DNA of 64,000 bases, taken from an uncultured Bacteroidales bacterium. Its GTDB lineage: Bacteria > Bacteroidota > Bacteroidia > Bacteroidales > UBA7960. Positions 20,786 to 30,941 of the stretch are shown piece by piece (the first letter of the stretch is position 1; each line of letters starts with the position of its first letter). Made by a program: the position numbers and the translations under genes. The DNA is taken from contig CAYXEH010000002.1 in the NCBI GenBank assembly GCA_964463915.1, positions 22,038 to 86,037 of the forward strand, in the 5' to 3' direction. The notes below the pieces were generated by a model, which did no database searches, was not told the origin of the DNA, and saw only the letters and a list, made by a program, of their open reading frames with translations.

Positions 20786-23413
20786 ATGATCAAACTATCC
20801 ATTTTTCTCATATTGGTTTTTGGCTCCGTTCTGGCATGGTCCACAGATCATTCAGCCAAACATTATCAGGCAACCCGATTGTCTGTGCCACCTCCTGACA
20901 TAGATGGAGTTTTAGACGACGACGCCTGGGAACAAGGTGAATGGACCGGCAACTTCATTCAGTTTGAGCCCTACAACGGACGCAAACCCTCCCAACAAAC
21001 ATCGTTCAAAGTTTTGTATGATGACAACAACCTTTACGTGGCCATCCGGGCTTACGACAATGCTCCGGACAGCATTGTCGAACGACTGACAAGACGCGAT
21101 CAGACCGAAGGAGACCATGTAGCCATTGGTTTTGACAGTTACCATGACGAGCGCACTGCTTTTGTTTTCGGCGTCAACGCAGCCGGGGTTAAGTATGATT
21201 ATATAATTTCCAATGACGGGCAGAATGAGGATTACACCTGGGATCCCAACTGGTGGATACGCACCGGCACTGATGAAAAGGGATGGATGGCTGAAATGCG
21301 CATACCGCTCAGTCAGCTCCGGTTTGAAAAAAACGGGAAAGGACTCTGGGGGGTCCAGGTCATCAGGGAAATAAACAGATACGGAGAAACCTCTCTTTGG
21401 TCACATATTCCCATTGATACGCCCGGCATGGTACACCGGTTCGGGATCATGGGTGGCGTTAACGGGATCGAACCACGAAGGGTTTTTGATGTGACCCCCT
21501 ATGTAATTTCCTCCGCAGACAAGTATCCCTCAGTATCAGGCAATCCTTTTCTTGATGGAAGCGACCACAATTACAAACTGGGTATGGATGCCAAAATCGG
21601 ACTCAGTAACAATCTAACCATGGATGTAACCATCAACCCTGACTTTGGACAGGTAGAAGCCGATCCTTCTCAGGTCAACCTGACAGCCTACGAAACATTT
21701 TTTGAAGAAAAGCGTCCTTTCTTCATCGAAGGGAGAAATATCAGCAGTTTTAATCTTGGCGTCGGTGAGGGGGAAAATGGCAACGACAACCTCTTCTATT
21801 CGCGGCGAATCGGCCGGCGGCCAAAAGGAAGGATACCTGTGGAGAACGGAGCACATATGGATGCCCCGGGGTTTACCGATATTCTGGGAGCGACCAAAAT
21901 GACGGGCAGGACGGAAAATGGCCTTTCTGTGGCGGTTATTGATGCCGTTACCGCCGAAGAACAAGCGGAAATTGCCCTGTCGGGTGAACGTTCTTCACAA
22001 ATGGTGGAACCAATGACAAATTTTTTTGTCGGAAGGCTTCAAAAGGAGTTCAATAACGGCAACAGCATGATCGGGGGAATGTTTACCGGTGTAAATCGCC
22101 GAAACAATGACAATCTTGCAGACCAGATGCACGGTGCAGCATATTCGGGCGGGTTGGATTACAGCCATTATTTTAACGACAGGACCTGGAACCTAAGTGC
22201 AAATGCTGCCATGAGCCATGTCTCAGGCACTGAAGCAGCCATTCGTTGCACACAACGGTCATCAGCCAGATATTTCCAGCGACCCGATGCAACTCATCTG
22301 AGCATGGACTCCACAAGAACCTCCCTGACAGGAACCGGCGGTAAAATTCAACTGGCCAAAACCGGCGGAGGCCACTGGAATATTTTCTCGATCATTACCT
22401 GGAAATCTCCGCAATTCGAGATCAATGACATCGGTTACATGAGAGAGACCGATCAGGTCATCCAGGTAGTTGCAGTTAATTATCGTGAATGGGAGCCGAA
22501 AAGTTTTTACCGTTCCTATAACATTGGAGCGAACCAATACAGCATATGGAATTTTGCCGGAGAGGGTCTGATGAAGGGATGGAATCTTAATGGGTTCATC
22601 AGGTACCGGAATTACTGGACCACCAATTTCGGAATCAATTACAGTCATGATGTGGTGTCAACAAATCTCTTAAGAGGCGGTCCTGCTTTCCGGATGCCCA
22701 ACCATGCAAACTCCTGGTTTGGAGCAAGTACTGACAACCGCAAAAACTTTGTGGTAAGCATCAGTGGAAACCTGGAAAGAGGCAGTAAAGCCTTCAGAAA
22801 TAGTCGCAGAATAGGTCTGGGATTCACTTATCGCCCACTGGATAATCTCAACATTTCACTGAATCCATCTTACTCCAAAAGCTCTCATTCACTGCAATAT
22901 GTAAGCAGGACCAATCATGAGGAACTGCCCCGTTATTTATTTGGCCGCATCAAGCAGGAGGTCGTCAGTTTTTCATTCAGGTTGAATTTCACCCTTTTGC
23001 CTGACCTAACCCTGCAATATTGGGGTCAACCCTTTATTGCAGCAGGTCAGTATTCCGACTATAAATACATCACCAATCCGATGGCAGAAAGCTTTCAGAA
23101 CCGTTACGCCCTGCTGGAGTCCGATCAGATTAAACTGACAGACGGGATCTACCAGGTAGATGAGAACCTTGACGGTAGCATTGACTACCAGTTCAGAAAA
23201 CCGGATTTCAGGATGCAGGAGTTTCTTTCAAACCTGGTCCTCCGCTGGGAATACAACCCCGGCTCATCCATTCACCTTGTATGGAGCCAGAGCCGTTCAG
23301 AATTTGCGCAAAATGGAGACTTGCACGATGGAAACAGTATGGATGACCTTCTTTCTATTGAAGCACACAATACCTTCCTGATCAAGATGACCTATCGTAT
23401 TGGTATGAGATGA
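20786..23413 (+). CDS. DUF5916 / CBM9-like domain-containing secreted protein
   Basis: The ATG at 20786 gives the signal peptide MIKLSIFLILVFGSVLAWS; the track start at 20756 is TTG. CBM9-like PPPDIDGVLDDDAWEQGEW. Long beta-rich C-terminus. Confidence 0.75.
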   Translation: MIKLSIFLILVFGSVLAWSTDHSAKHYQATRLSVPPPDIDGVLDDDAWEQGEWTGNFIQFEPYNGRKPSQQTSFKVLYDDNNLYVAIRAYDNAPDSIVERLTRRDQTEGDHVAIGFDSYHDERTAFVFGVNAAGVKYDYIISNDGQNEDYTWDPNWWIRTGTDEKGWMAEMRIPLSQLRFEKNGKGLWGVQVIREINRYGETSLWSHIPIDTPGMVHRFGIMGGVNGIEPRRVFDVTPYVISSADKYPSVSGNPFLDGSDHNYKLGMDAKIGLSNNLTMDVTINPDFGQVEADPSQVNLTAYETFFEEKRPFFIEGRNISSFNLGVGEGENGNDNLFYSRRIGRRPKGRIPVENGAHMDAPGFTDILGATKMTGRTENGLSVAVIDAVTAEEQAEIALSGERSSQMVEPMTNFFVGRLQKEFNNGNSMIGGMFTGVNRRNNDNLADQMHGAAYSGGLDYSHYFNDRTWNLSANAAMSHVSGTEAAIRCTQRSSARYFQRPDATHLSMDSTRTSLTGTGGKIQLAKTGGGHWNIFSIITWKSPQFEINDIGYMRETDQVIQVVAVNYREWEPKSFYRSYNIGANQYSIWNFAGEGLMKGWNLNGFIRYRNYWTTNFGINYSHDVVSTNLLRGGPAFRMPNHANSWFGASTDNRKNFVVSISGNLERGSKAFRNSRRIGLGFTYRPLDNLNISLNPSYSKSSHSLQYVSRTNHEELPRYLFGRIKQEVVSFSFRLNFTLLPDLTLQYWGQPFIAAGQYSDYKYITNPMAESFQNRYALLESDQIKLTDGIYQVDENLDGSIDYQFRKPDFRMQEFLSNLVLRWEYNPGSSIHLVWSQSRSEFAQNGDLHDGNSMDDLLSIEAHNTFLIKMTYRIGMR

Positions 23414-23512
23414 GATAAGATACCAATACAGTAATCGTACATGGTATTTCTACCTTATTGATATATTTTTCAGATCCCGCAATCACATCTGATCCGTATT
23501 CTCGTGGTAAAT

Positions 23513-23549
23513 TTCCACCTGGCCGCTGGCTGGGTGGAATATTTTTTAT
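23513..23549 (+). terminator. possible intrinsic terminator downstream of the DUF5916 gene
   Basis: ttccacc-(13 nt)-ggtggaa stem followed by tatttttta. Confidence 0.35.
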
Positions 23550-23605
23550 AATTTAACCGGAAGTTAAATATATCGGTCTTTGCCTCCGAAGAAAAACACT
23601 GACAT

Positions 23606-25495
23606 ATGGAAAACAACGGGAAAGAGAACCTGCGGGTACTGATGATCGACGCATCCAACGGATATTACCGGATCAACCGTTACCCTGTAGGACCATTTTT
23701 TGGCCCGGTGGACCTGGGCATCCACCTTGCCCACAAACACAATAGCCTGAATGTGGGGGCGGGCCTGCTGGCCGGCTCCATTTTCCCGGGATCTAACAGG
23801 CTCATCTTCAGCGGAATCTCACCTTCATGGCATGGATTCTTTATTTCCTCCATGGGCGGTGCGGGCCTTGTATTTGACAATCTGGGGGTCAACATGTTTT
23901 CCATCATCGGAAAGGCTGAGAAACCTTCCATTCTTTACCTGAACCGTAATCATGGCGAGGAAGTGGAAGTGGAACTTCACCCGGCAGATCCTCTGCGTGT
24001 CTGGGAAACAGGAAGAGGCGGTGTATATGGAGTGATGCAGTATGCCCTGGATCATTTTGCCTCCGGGTATGAGAAGGAACCCAGGGTGCTGGCAGTGGGC
24101 CCCGCGGCCCTTTATACCGACAACGGGGCCATCGGATCCGCACCGGTCAAACGGGGTGAGTTAACAGCCGTGGACTGTTGGGCCGGGAGAGGTGGTTTTG
24201 GCACCAAACTTTTGAAACAGCATAACATTGTCGGGATCATCTATGGTGGCACATGGGTGGACGAGGATTTTCGTGATCGCAAGGTAGCCGACCAGTGGTT
24301 CCACGACAGGTATGAGAAAAAGATGGCTGCCAAAGACCTGGAAGCCACCACCAAATACCGTTATGATCCGGCCTTTAATACCGGAGGTACGTTCGGAGTC
24401 AATTTTGCCACCATGTCGGAACGCATCATCGCCTTTAACTACCGGACCCTGTATATGAGCAAAGCGGAGCGTCTTGACCTGCACAAACGTTTTATTGTGG
24501 ATCACTACCTCAGGCAATTCAACGAGGAAACCATCGAAACCAAACAACAAAAAAACTGTGGGGAGCCCTGCGTGGCAGTGTGTAAGAAAATGCACAACCA
24601 TTTCAAGAAGGATTATGAACCCTACCAGACCATGGGGCCGCTTTGCGGCGTATTTGATCAGCGGGCTGCCGAACTGCTGAACGGCAAAGCAGACGCCTAC
24701 GGATTCGATGCCATTTCCGTTGGAGGTGTGCTTGCCTGGCTAATGGAATGCATGGTCGACGACCTGATCAAGCCGGAAGAACTGGGTGTCAAAGCAAAAC
24801 CGAAGTTTTCCCCGGAGAATTTTGATGTGGTCAAAGATTCAATGCACAACGCGCAGATCGGGGCAGCTTTACTGGATGAAATGGTCAGGGAAAACGGCAA
24901 AATTGACCTCTCACTGGGCGCCCGGAAGCTAGCCAGGCACATCTCCCGTGAGAAAGGGGTGGGCGTAATGGACCGTTTCATGCATATCGGGTTCGCCCGG
25001 CAGGGATGGATGGTGCCCAACCAGTACTGGACACCCGGAGTTCTCTCGCCCATGGCCATCATGGGAAAATATTACATGGTCTATGGTAAGGAATTTATTC
25101 CGCCCCGCGAATTGGGCCGGCAAAATGCTGCCAGAATGATCCGGGAACTGATGATGGACAACCTTGGCTTCTGTCGTTTCCACCGTGCCTGGGCAGAGGA
25201 GATCATGCCGGATGTCATGGAAAAGCTGTACGGAAAACGGGATGAGTTCATCCAAAAACTAAAACTTACCGCAACCCGGATCAACAGCAGGAATGCCTCT
25301 ATCTTTTGGGAATCGGAACGGAATGTGGATTTTGTATATCATTTTCTGAAGAAAAAAGCTGTGGAAGACGGCGTGGATGACCCGGCGCTTGATCAATGGA
25401 TCAAAGCCTTCGAGAAAGACAAGTTCGAAGCTGCACTGGATTTCTGGTATGAGATCCACAAGGGGATCCACGAAAGTCTGCGGGAATTTCATTAA
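23606..25495 (+). CDS. aldehyde:ferredoxin oxidoreductase (AOR) family protein
   Basis: 629 aa. AOR-like N-terminal domain (LRVLMIDASNGYYRINRYPVGPFFGPVDLG) and cysteine cluster NCGEPCVAVCKK. Confidence 0.7.
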   Translation: MENNGKENLRVLMIDASNGYYRINRYPVGPFFGPVDLGIHLAHKHNSLNVGAGLLAGSIFPGSNRLIFSGISPSWHGFFISSMGGAGLVFDNLGVNMFSIIGKAEKPSILYLNRNHGEEVEVELHPADPLRVWETGRGGVYGVMQYALDHFASGYEKEPRVLAVGPAALYTDNGAIGSAPVKRGELTAVDCWAGRGGFGTKLLKQHNIVGIIYGGTWVDEDFRDRKVADQWFHDRYEKKMAAKDLEATTKYRYDPAFNTGGTFGVNFATMSERIIAFNYRTLYMSKAERLDLHKRFIVDHYLRQFNEETIETKQQKNCGEPCVAVCKKMHNHFKKDYEPYQTMGPLCGVFDQRAAELLNGKADAYGFDAISVGGVLAWLMECMVDDLIKPEELGVKAKPKFSPENFDVVKDSMHNAQIGAALLDEMVRENGKIDLSLGARKLARHISREKGVGVMDRFMHIGFARQGWMVPNQYWTPGVLSPMAIMGKYYMVYGKEFIPPRELGRQNAARMIRELMMDNLGFCRFHRAWAEEIMPDVMEKLYGKRDEFIQKLKLTATRINSRNASIFWESERNVDFVYHFLKKKAVEDGVDDPALDQWIKAFEKDKFEAALDFWYEIHKGIHESLREFH

Positions 25496-25567
25496 GTCTG
25501 ACATTATGAATGTATACGTTGCCTGTATTTTGCCATAAGATGAACAGTACACTGCAAACAGCCAGAC

Positions 25568-26125
25568 ATGAGTAATACAAATGCCCCAATAAGCCCAGGC
25601 ATATCAAACCTTGAGATCGTTCCGGCCACAGCCGGAGATGCCCATGTCCTGGCACAAATCGGCCGGCAAACCTTTCACGAAACGTTTTGCGACACCAATA
25701 CGGAGGAAAACCTGGAACGTTACCTGGAAATAAATTTCAACCCCGGCCGGATCAAAGAAGAACTGAGTCATCCCGACTCCCTGTTTTTCCTGGCCCGGAT
25801 TGATGGTCAGGTGGCCGGCTACCTGAAAGTAAATACCGGTGAGGCTCAGACAGAACCACAAGAAAGCAGGGCATTTGAGATCGAACGGATTTACGTAAGA
25901 AAGACCTGGTATGGGAAACAGGTCGGACAAAAGCTCATGAACCACGCCCTGCATCTTGCCCGGGAAAAGCAATCATCCTATGTATGGCTGGGGGTCTGGG
26001 AAAGAAACTACCGGGCCATCCGGTTCTACAAAAAATATGGTTTCGAGGTGTATGACACCCATGTATTTCGCATAGGCAATGACCAACAGACCGATTACCT
26101 GATGAAACTTAAGATGCCCCTGTAA
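25568..26125 (+). CDS. GNAT-family N-acetyltransferase
   Basis: 185 aa. Acetyl-CoA-binding-like RIYVRKTWYGKQVGQKLMNHAL and AIRFYKKYGF. Confidence 0.85.
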   Translation: MSNTNAPISPGISNLEIVPATAGDAHVLAQIGRQTFHETFCDTNTEENLERYLEINFNPGRIKEELSHPDSLFFLARIDGQVAGYLKVNTGEAQTEPQESRAFEIERIYVRKTWYGKQVGQKLMNHALHLAREKQSSYVWLGVWERNYRAIRFYKKYGFEVYDTHVFRIGNDQQTDYLMKLKMPL

Positions 26126-26418
26126 ATATTGAACGGCAATCCCAAAACACAAATACATAACCGCCGGAAACACGGAAATGCCAGCAGCAAAGCAATCCCA
26201 GGAGCAGGCCCACAACTCAACATTGCAGATCCTGCAAGACGGTAAACTTTTAAACACCTCAAATCCTGCATCGCTCCAAAATCCTTCACCTTCCCGAAAT
26301 ACCTAATCTGTCCGAAAATGAACAACCATTGTTCTGCTACGAACAGGTGTTGAATACAGGGATATTCATAACGTTTTGCCTTAATGTTTTTTATGTTTAA
26401 TGGCTTCATGTTTGATAA

Positions 26419-26448
26419 GTAATACACAAAAATATTTTTGTGTATTAC
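26419..26448. promoter_or_regulatory. perfect 30-bp palindrome (operator or hairpin) just upstream of the FtsX-like permease start
   Basis: gtaatacacaaaaat / atttttgtgtattac, 15+15 nt with no mismatch and no spacer. Ends 12 nt before the ATG at 26461. Confidence 0.6.
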
Positions 26449-26460
26449 AATCTTCGTCAA

Positions 26461-28878
26461 ATGATTCTAAACAGCTTCGTTACTTTTATTCGACAAATTA
26501 CCAGAGGAAATTTTTATACCATTTTCAACCTGACCGGACTGAGCATTGGAATTGCCGCATGTCTGATGATTTTTCTTTATGTAGCAGATGAACTGCGCTT
26601 TGACCGGCATCATGAAAACGCGGGTTCCGTTTACCGGCTGCTTACCCGCAATCCGAAAACCGGCAGTGCTTCGGCCATTCAAAGGGGAGTGATGTATGAC
26701 TACCTGGATGGGCACTTACCCGGTGTAGAGAAAATGGGCCGGATCCTTTATACTAAGAGAACCTTCTCAACCCCTGAAGAGGAGCCATTCGAAGAAGATG
26801 GATTCTATGCCATCGATCCGGAGATCCTGGATATCCTGACTTTTGAGTTCATTCAGGGGGATCCTTCAACAGCACTGTCTTCACCCAATTCATTAATACT
26901 GACAAAACCAACAGCGGAAAAGTATTTTGGAAACACTGATCCCATTGGGAAAACACTGGTAATGGACAACGACCACACCTTTTTGGTCACTGCTGTTATT
27001 GACCCCTTTCCCGACCAGTCACATCTAAAGTTCAACATGCTGGCACCCATGGAGATCGTCGAGTCCATTAACCCGTCTGCCCTGACCAACTGGGGCCACA
27101 GTGGCATGTATTATTATATGCAATTAGAGTCAGACACGGATCCTGAACTGGTGGCCGAACGAACACAGAGCCTGGTTTGGGAGGCCAATGAAAACTTCCG
27201 CGACCGCTTGTTCTTTAAACTGCAACCTTTGCTGGATATCAGGCTCCACGCTGCCTCAGTGTCATGGGATATCGCCCGCAAGGGAGATATCACCACCGTC
27301 AGAATTTTTTTCATCGCTGCACTGCTAATATTGTTTCTGGCAGGATTTAACTTTGTAAACCTGACTACGGCAGGTGCAATCCGAAGGGGGAAAGAGATCG
27401 GAATGCGAAAAATCCTTGGTGCCGACCGCAGACAGCTCATCCGGCGCTTTCTGTCTGAAACCTTCATCATTACTCTGTTTGCAGCCTTCCTGGCGCTGCT
27501 GCTGGTTGAATTGTTCCTGCCGGTAATGAATAATCTTACCGGCAAGAATCTTTCGCAACAATTTTTTTCTGACCCCTCATTCATTATTGCCGTTACGGGG
27601 ATGATCATCTCAATTACCCTGGTTGCCGGCATTTACCCCGCCATAATGATGTCACGGTTCAGGGCAGTCACAGTGGCCCGGGGAGGAAATGTCCTGTCAA
27701 ACCTCAAAGGCCTGCGCAACAAAAAATTTCAATTGCGGCTACGGCAAATATTGCTGATGGGGCAATTTGCCATTTCCACTGCACTAATTGCAGGCACCCT
27801 GATGATCTACCTTCAGATGCAGTTCATTTCGAATCGCCACCAGGGGTATGAAAGCGAAGGGTTACTTGCTGTGCAGAATGCCCTCGATGAGCAGGGGCCC
27901 GGGCGGGCCAAATGGCTCAGGGAAAAGCTCCTCCAACATCCCGACGTTCAAAGTGTCAGCCTCACCCATAACATACCACCGGTTACTCCATCCAATTATT
28001 CAAACTTCGGGTACGAATCTGCTGACGGACCGGAAACGCTCAATGCAGCAATGATATCATGCGATGAGAGTTATTTCAGTACAATGAATACCAGGGTAAT
28101 CAAAGGCCGTGATTTTTCATCCGACATGCATACCGATGCAACTTCAGCCACCATCATTAACCGGGAAGCAGCAAGAGTTATGGGGATCGACGATCCCCTG
28201 GGTATGTTCATTGATGGTTTTTATGACGGGGAGACCAGGGAGGTGATCGGCGTCGTGGAAAACATCCATTTCAGTTCACTGCACGAGAAAGTCGAGCCCC
28301 TGGTTTTCTTTATCAGCGAAGAACAATATCCCCAAAACTGGTTCAATTTGCTGATCCGTTACAATCCGGGGGCCACAACAAGCGTGGCTGGCACCCTGGA
28401 AGACCTATGGGAACAGGAAGCCCCGCATTGGCCGCTAAGGCATGAGTTTGTCGACCAGCAATTAAGCCTGCAGTACCAGGACGAACGAAGGGTGATGCTC
28501 GTGGTGGCAGCATTTGCAGGCCTTGCCATTATACTTTCACTACTGGGGCTGACCGGGCTGGCGATTTTTTCCGCCATCAGCCGCATCAAGGAAATTGGTA
28601 TCCGAAAGGTGCTGGGGGCCTCTGTTCCCACGATTATCCGTTCCATGACCGGGGAATTCGGCCTCATGGTAATTATATCAAACCTTATTGCTCTTCCGGT
28701 GGCCTGGCTGTTTATGAACCGCTGGCTTGATAATTTCGCTTATCAGATAGACCTCAGCTGGTGGATGCTGGCCATCCCGGCTATGGCCATATACCTAATC
28801 GCTGTTTTGGTAGTCGGTATGATCTCATGGAAGGCGGCCAACCTAAATCCGGTGGTGACCTTACGAAATTCTGAATAG
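26461..28878 (+). CDS. FtsX-like (MacB-type) ABC transporter permease
   Basis: The ATG at 26461 gives MILNSFVTFIRQITRGNFYTIFNLTGLSIG, a typical N-terminus. Two FtsX 4-TM modules with large periplasmic loops. No ATPase gene adjacent. Confidence 0.85.
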   Translation: MILNSFVTFIRQITRGNFYTIFNLTGLSIGIAACLMIFLYVADELRFDRHHENAGSVYRLLTRNPKTGSASAIQRGVMYDYLDGHLPGVEKMGRILYTKRTFSTPEEEPFEEDGFYAIDPEILDILTFEFIQGDPSTALSSPNSLILTKPTAEKYFGNTDPIGKTLVMDNDHTFLVTAVIDPFPDQSHLKFNMLAPMEIVESINPSALTNWGHSGMYYYMQLESDTDPELVAERTQSLVWEANENFRDRLFFKLQPLLDIRLHAASVSWDIARKGDITTVRIFFIAALLILFLAGFNFVNLTTAGAIRRGKEIGMRKILGADRRQLIRRFLSETFIITLFAAFLALLLVELFLPVMNNLTGKNLSQQFFSDPSFIIAVTGMIISITLVAGIYPAIMMSRFRAVTVARGGNVLSNLKGLRNKKFQLRLRQILLMGQFAISTALIAGTLMIYLQMQFISNRHQGYESEGLLAVQNALDEQGPGRAKWLREKLLQHPDVQSVSLTHNIPPVTPSNYSNFGYESADGPETLNAAMISCDESYFSTMNTRVIKGRDFSSDMHTDATSATIINREAARVMGIDDPLGMFIDGFYDGETREVIGVVENIHFSSLHEKVEPLVFFISEEQYPQNWFNLLIRYNPGATTSVAGTLEDLWEQEAPHWPLRHEFVDQQLSLQYQDERRVMLVVAAFAGLAIILSLLGLTGLAIFSAISRIKEIGIRKVLGASVPTIIRSMTGEFGLMVIISNLIALPVAWLFMNRWLDNFAYQIDLSWWMLAIPAMAIYLIAVLVVGMISWKAANLNPVVTLRNSE

Positions 28879-29000
28879 ATACCGGTATTTTGCGCTCATG
28901 TCCAAACGGTTACAGCCCCTGGTCGCCAGCCGCGCCTGACCGGCTAACAGTTTACGCACACGGATTCCTGGTTTTTGCGCGGCACACCATACAACGCCTG

Positions 29001-30275
29001 TTAATCTGCGGAGCCGGCAGCTGACTTCCCGGCCAGCCAGCCGGTAGAAAATGCGATCTGGAGATTGAACCCGCCGGTATCGGCATCCAGGTCAATGACC
29101 TCTCCGGCAAAATAGAGGTTCTTTACCAGTTTGGACTCCATGGTACGGGAATTGATCTCTGCTGTCGACACACCCCCGGCAGTAACGATGGCTTCTTTGA
29201 ATCCGGGATGCCCTGTTACCCGAAAACGGAAGTCTTTCATCAGCAGCATGGTTTTCCGGCGATCTTTCGCGCCCATCTGGTTGCAGAGCTTTTTTCCGTC
29301 AATATTGAGCAAATCAAGGAATACCGGGATGAGCTTGGAGGGAAGCCACAACCTGAATACATTCTCGATCTGTTTCTTCCCGTGATTGTCCAGGTCACGC
29401 AGCAGCCGGGCATCCAGCTTTTTTTCATCCAGGGCTGGCTTCAGGTCTATTCCAATCTCCACCTGGTGGCCCTCAGACATTGCCTGCACCACCTGCCTGC
29501 TCAGTGTAAGAATAATGGGTCCTGTCAGCCCGTAATGGGCAAACATCAGTTCTCCGAACTCCTCCCCTTTTTTTTTGCCATTTGTCCACATAACCGCTCT
29601 GACATTCTTCAGCCCGAGCCCCTGAAGCCTGCCTGCCACATCTCCTGCCGTTACCAGTGGAACCAATGCAGGCTGCGCATCAGTAATCCGGTGTCCGGCC
29701 TGACGGGCCAGTGCATAACCCTCACCGGCCGAACCCGTGGCGGGATAGGATTTCCCCCCGGTACAAATAACCACGCTCCCGGCAAAATATTCCTGGCTTT
29801 CACTTCCGCGGGAAACCCTTACACCACGAACATGACCGTCTTTCATTAACAGGTCGGTTACTCTTACATTGTATACCACTTGTATATGATTGTTCCCCAT
29901 CCAGTCTTTCAGGGCTTCCACCACATCCCCTGCCCGGTTGCTTACCGGAAAAACGCGCTTCCCCCGTTCCGTGGTGGTCTCCACGCCTCTGTCATGTAAA
30001 ATCTTCAGGATATCTCCGGTAAAAAAAGAATGAAAGGCATGTTTCAAAAAACGACCATTGGGATAGATATGACGATAATAATCAGAAGGAGGTGCATCAT
30101 GGGTGATATTACAGCGGCCTTTGCCGGTGATCAACAACTTGCGTCCTGCCCGTTCCATCTTCTCCACCAATAATACCCGGGCCCCGGCGCGGGAGGCCCG
30201 GCCGGCTGCGATCAGCCCCGAAGCACCGGCGCCGATAACAATCACATCAAAAGATGAAGCTGTTTGATTTTTCAC
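29001..30275 (-). CDS. BaiN/HI0933-like NAD(P)/FAD-dependent oxidoreductase
   Basis: FAD fold DVIVIGAGASGLIAAGRA. C-terminal GFNLQIAFSTGWLAG, typical of the HI0933 family. Confidence 0.85.
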   Translation of the reverse strand: MKNQTASSFDVIVIGAGASGLIAAGRASRAGARVLLVEKMERAGRKLLITGKGRCNITHDAPPSDYYRHIYPNGRFLKHAFHSFFTGDILKILHDRGVETTTERGKRVFPVSNRAGDVVEALKDWMGNNHIQVVYNVRVTDLLMKDGHVRGVRVSRGSESQEYFAGSVVICTGGKSYPATGSAGEGYALARQAGHRITDAQPALVPLVTAGDVAGRLQGLGLKNVRAVMWTNGKKKGEEFGELMFAHYGLTGPIILTLSRQVVQAMSEGHQVEIGIDLKPALDEKKLDARLLRDLDNHGKKQIENVFRLWLPSKLIPVFLDLLNIDGKKLCNQMGAKDRRKTMLLMKDFRFRVTGHPGFKEAIVTAGGVSTAEINSRTMESKLVKNLYFAGEVIDLDADTGGFNLQIAFSTGWLAGKSAAGSAD

Positions 30276-30359
30276 TGAATGGTCAGGGTTTGGTTGGCAG
30301 AGAACAAAATTAGCACAATATTTTTACACATTCCGGCAGTTCCGTTATAGATATTCCGC

Positions 30360-30386
30360 AAAAAAATCCCATCTTGCATGATGGGA
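30360..30386 (-). terminator. terminator-shaped hairpin plus U7 on the minus strand, inside a divergent intergenic region
   Basis: tcccatc-ttgcat-gatggga (30367..30386), preceded on the plus strand by A7 (30360..30366). No minus-strand gene ends here. Confidence 0.3.
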
Positions 30387-30530
30387 GCAACCAAAGGGGT
30401 CCCATAAAGGATAATAACAACGAAAGGGCAGCTCAATTTACAAACGGACATAGAGCTTTCGAATTATCGGCAAACAATCTGATATATTATTTCGGGAGCG
30501 GTGGCGGGAAGATCATAAAGCAAAAGAAAC

Positions 30531-30941
30531 ATGCATTACAATTGTGCCCTGACAGTCGACTGCGTGGTTTTTTCAAAAGATGGAGTCGTGCTGATCAGAA
30601 GAAAAAACCCACCCTTCAGGGGGGCTTATGCCCTGCCAGGAGGATTTGTGGAAGAAGATGAATCCGTGGAAGAAGCCTGCATCAGGGAAACCCTGGAAGA
30701 AACAGGCCTTGTTATCCGGAATCTGAAGCTGGCAGGTGTTTACTCAACTCCCGGGAGAGACCCCAGGGGACGTACAGTCTCCGTTGCTTTTGTAGCTGAA
30801 GCCGACCTGAATGCCTTGCAGGCAGGAGATGATGCTGCTGAGGCAGAGGTTATTAAAGACTGGGAGGATACCGATCTTGCATTCGACCATAAAGAGATCA
30901 TTGCAGACGCACTGAAAATCAGGGGAACTCCGGTTAATTGA
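30531..30941 (+). CDS. NUDIX hydrolase
   Basis: Nudix box GGFVEEDESVEEACIRETLEETGL. Confidence 0.9.
   Translation: MHYNCALTVDCVVFSKDGVVLIRRKNPPFRGAYALPGGFVEEDESVEEACIRETLEETGLVIRNLKLAGVYSTPGRDPRGRTVSVAFVAEADLNALQAGDDAAEAEVIKDWEDTDLAFDHKEIIADALKIRGTPVN

Noticed and set aside
26095-26460. 121-aa and 94-aa minus-strand ORFs in the ~290-bp gap between the GNAT gene and the FtsX-like permease
   Set aside because: The translations are Cys/Phe/Ile-rich and junk-like, they overlap the GNAT 3' end, and they show no motifs. I treat the region as non-coding. It may still hold regulatory RNA, which I did not verify.
30374-30661. 95-aa plus-strand ORF overlapping the NUDIX start
   Set aside because: It is out of frame with the well-supported NUDIX gene, and its Gly/Arg/Lys-rich translation has no domain signature.
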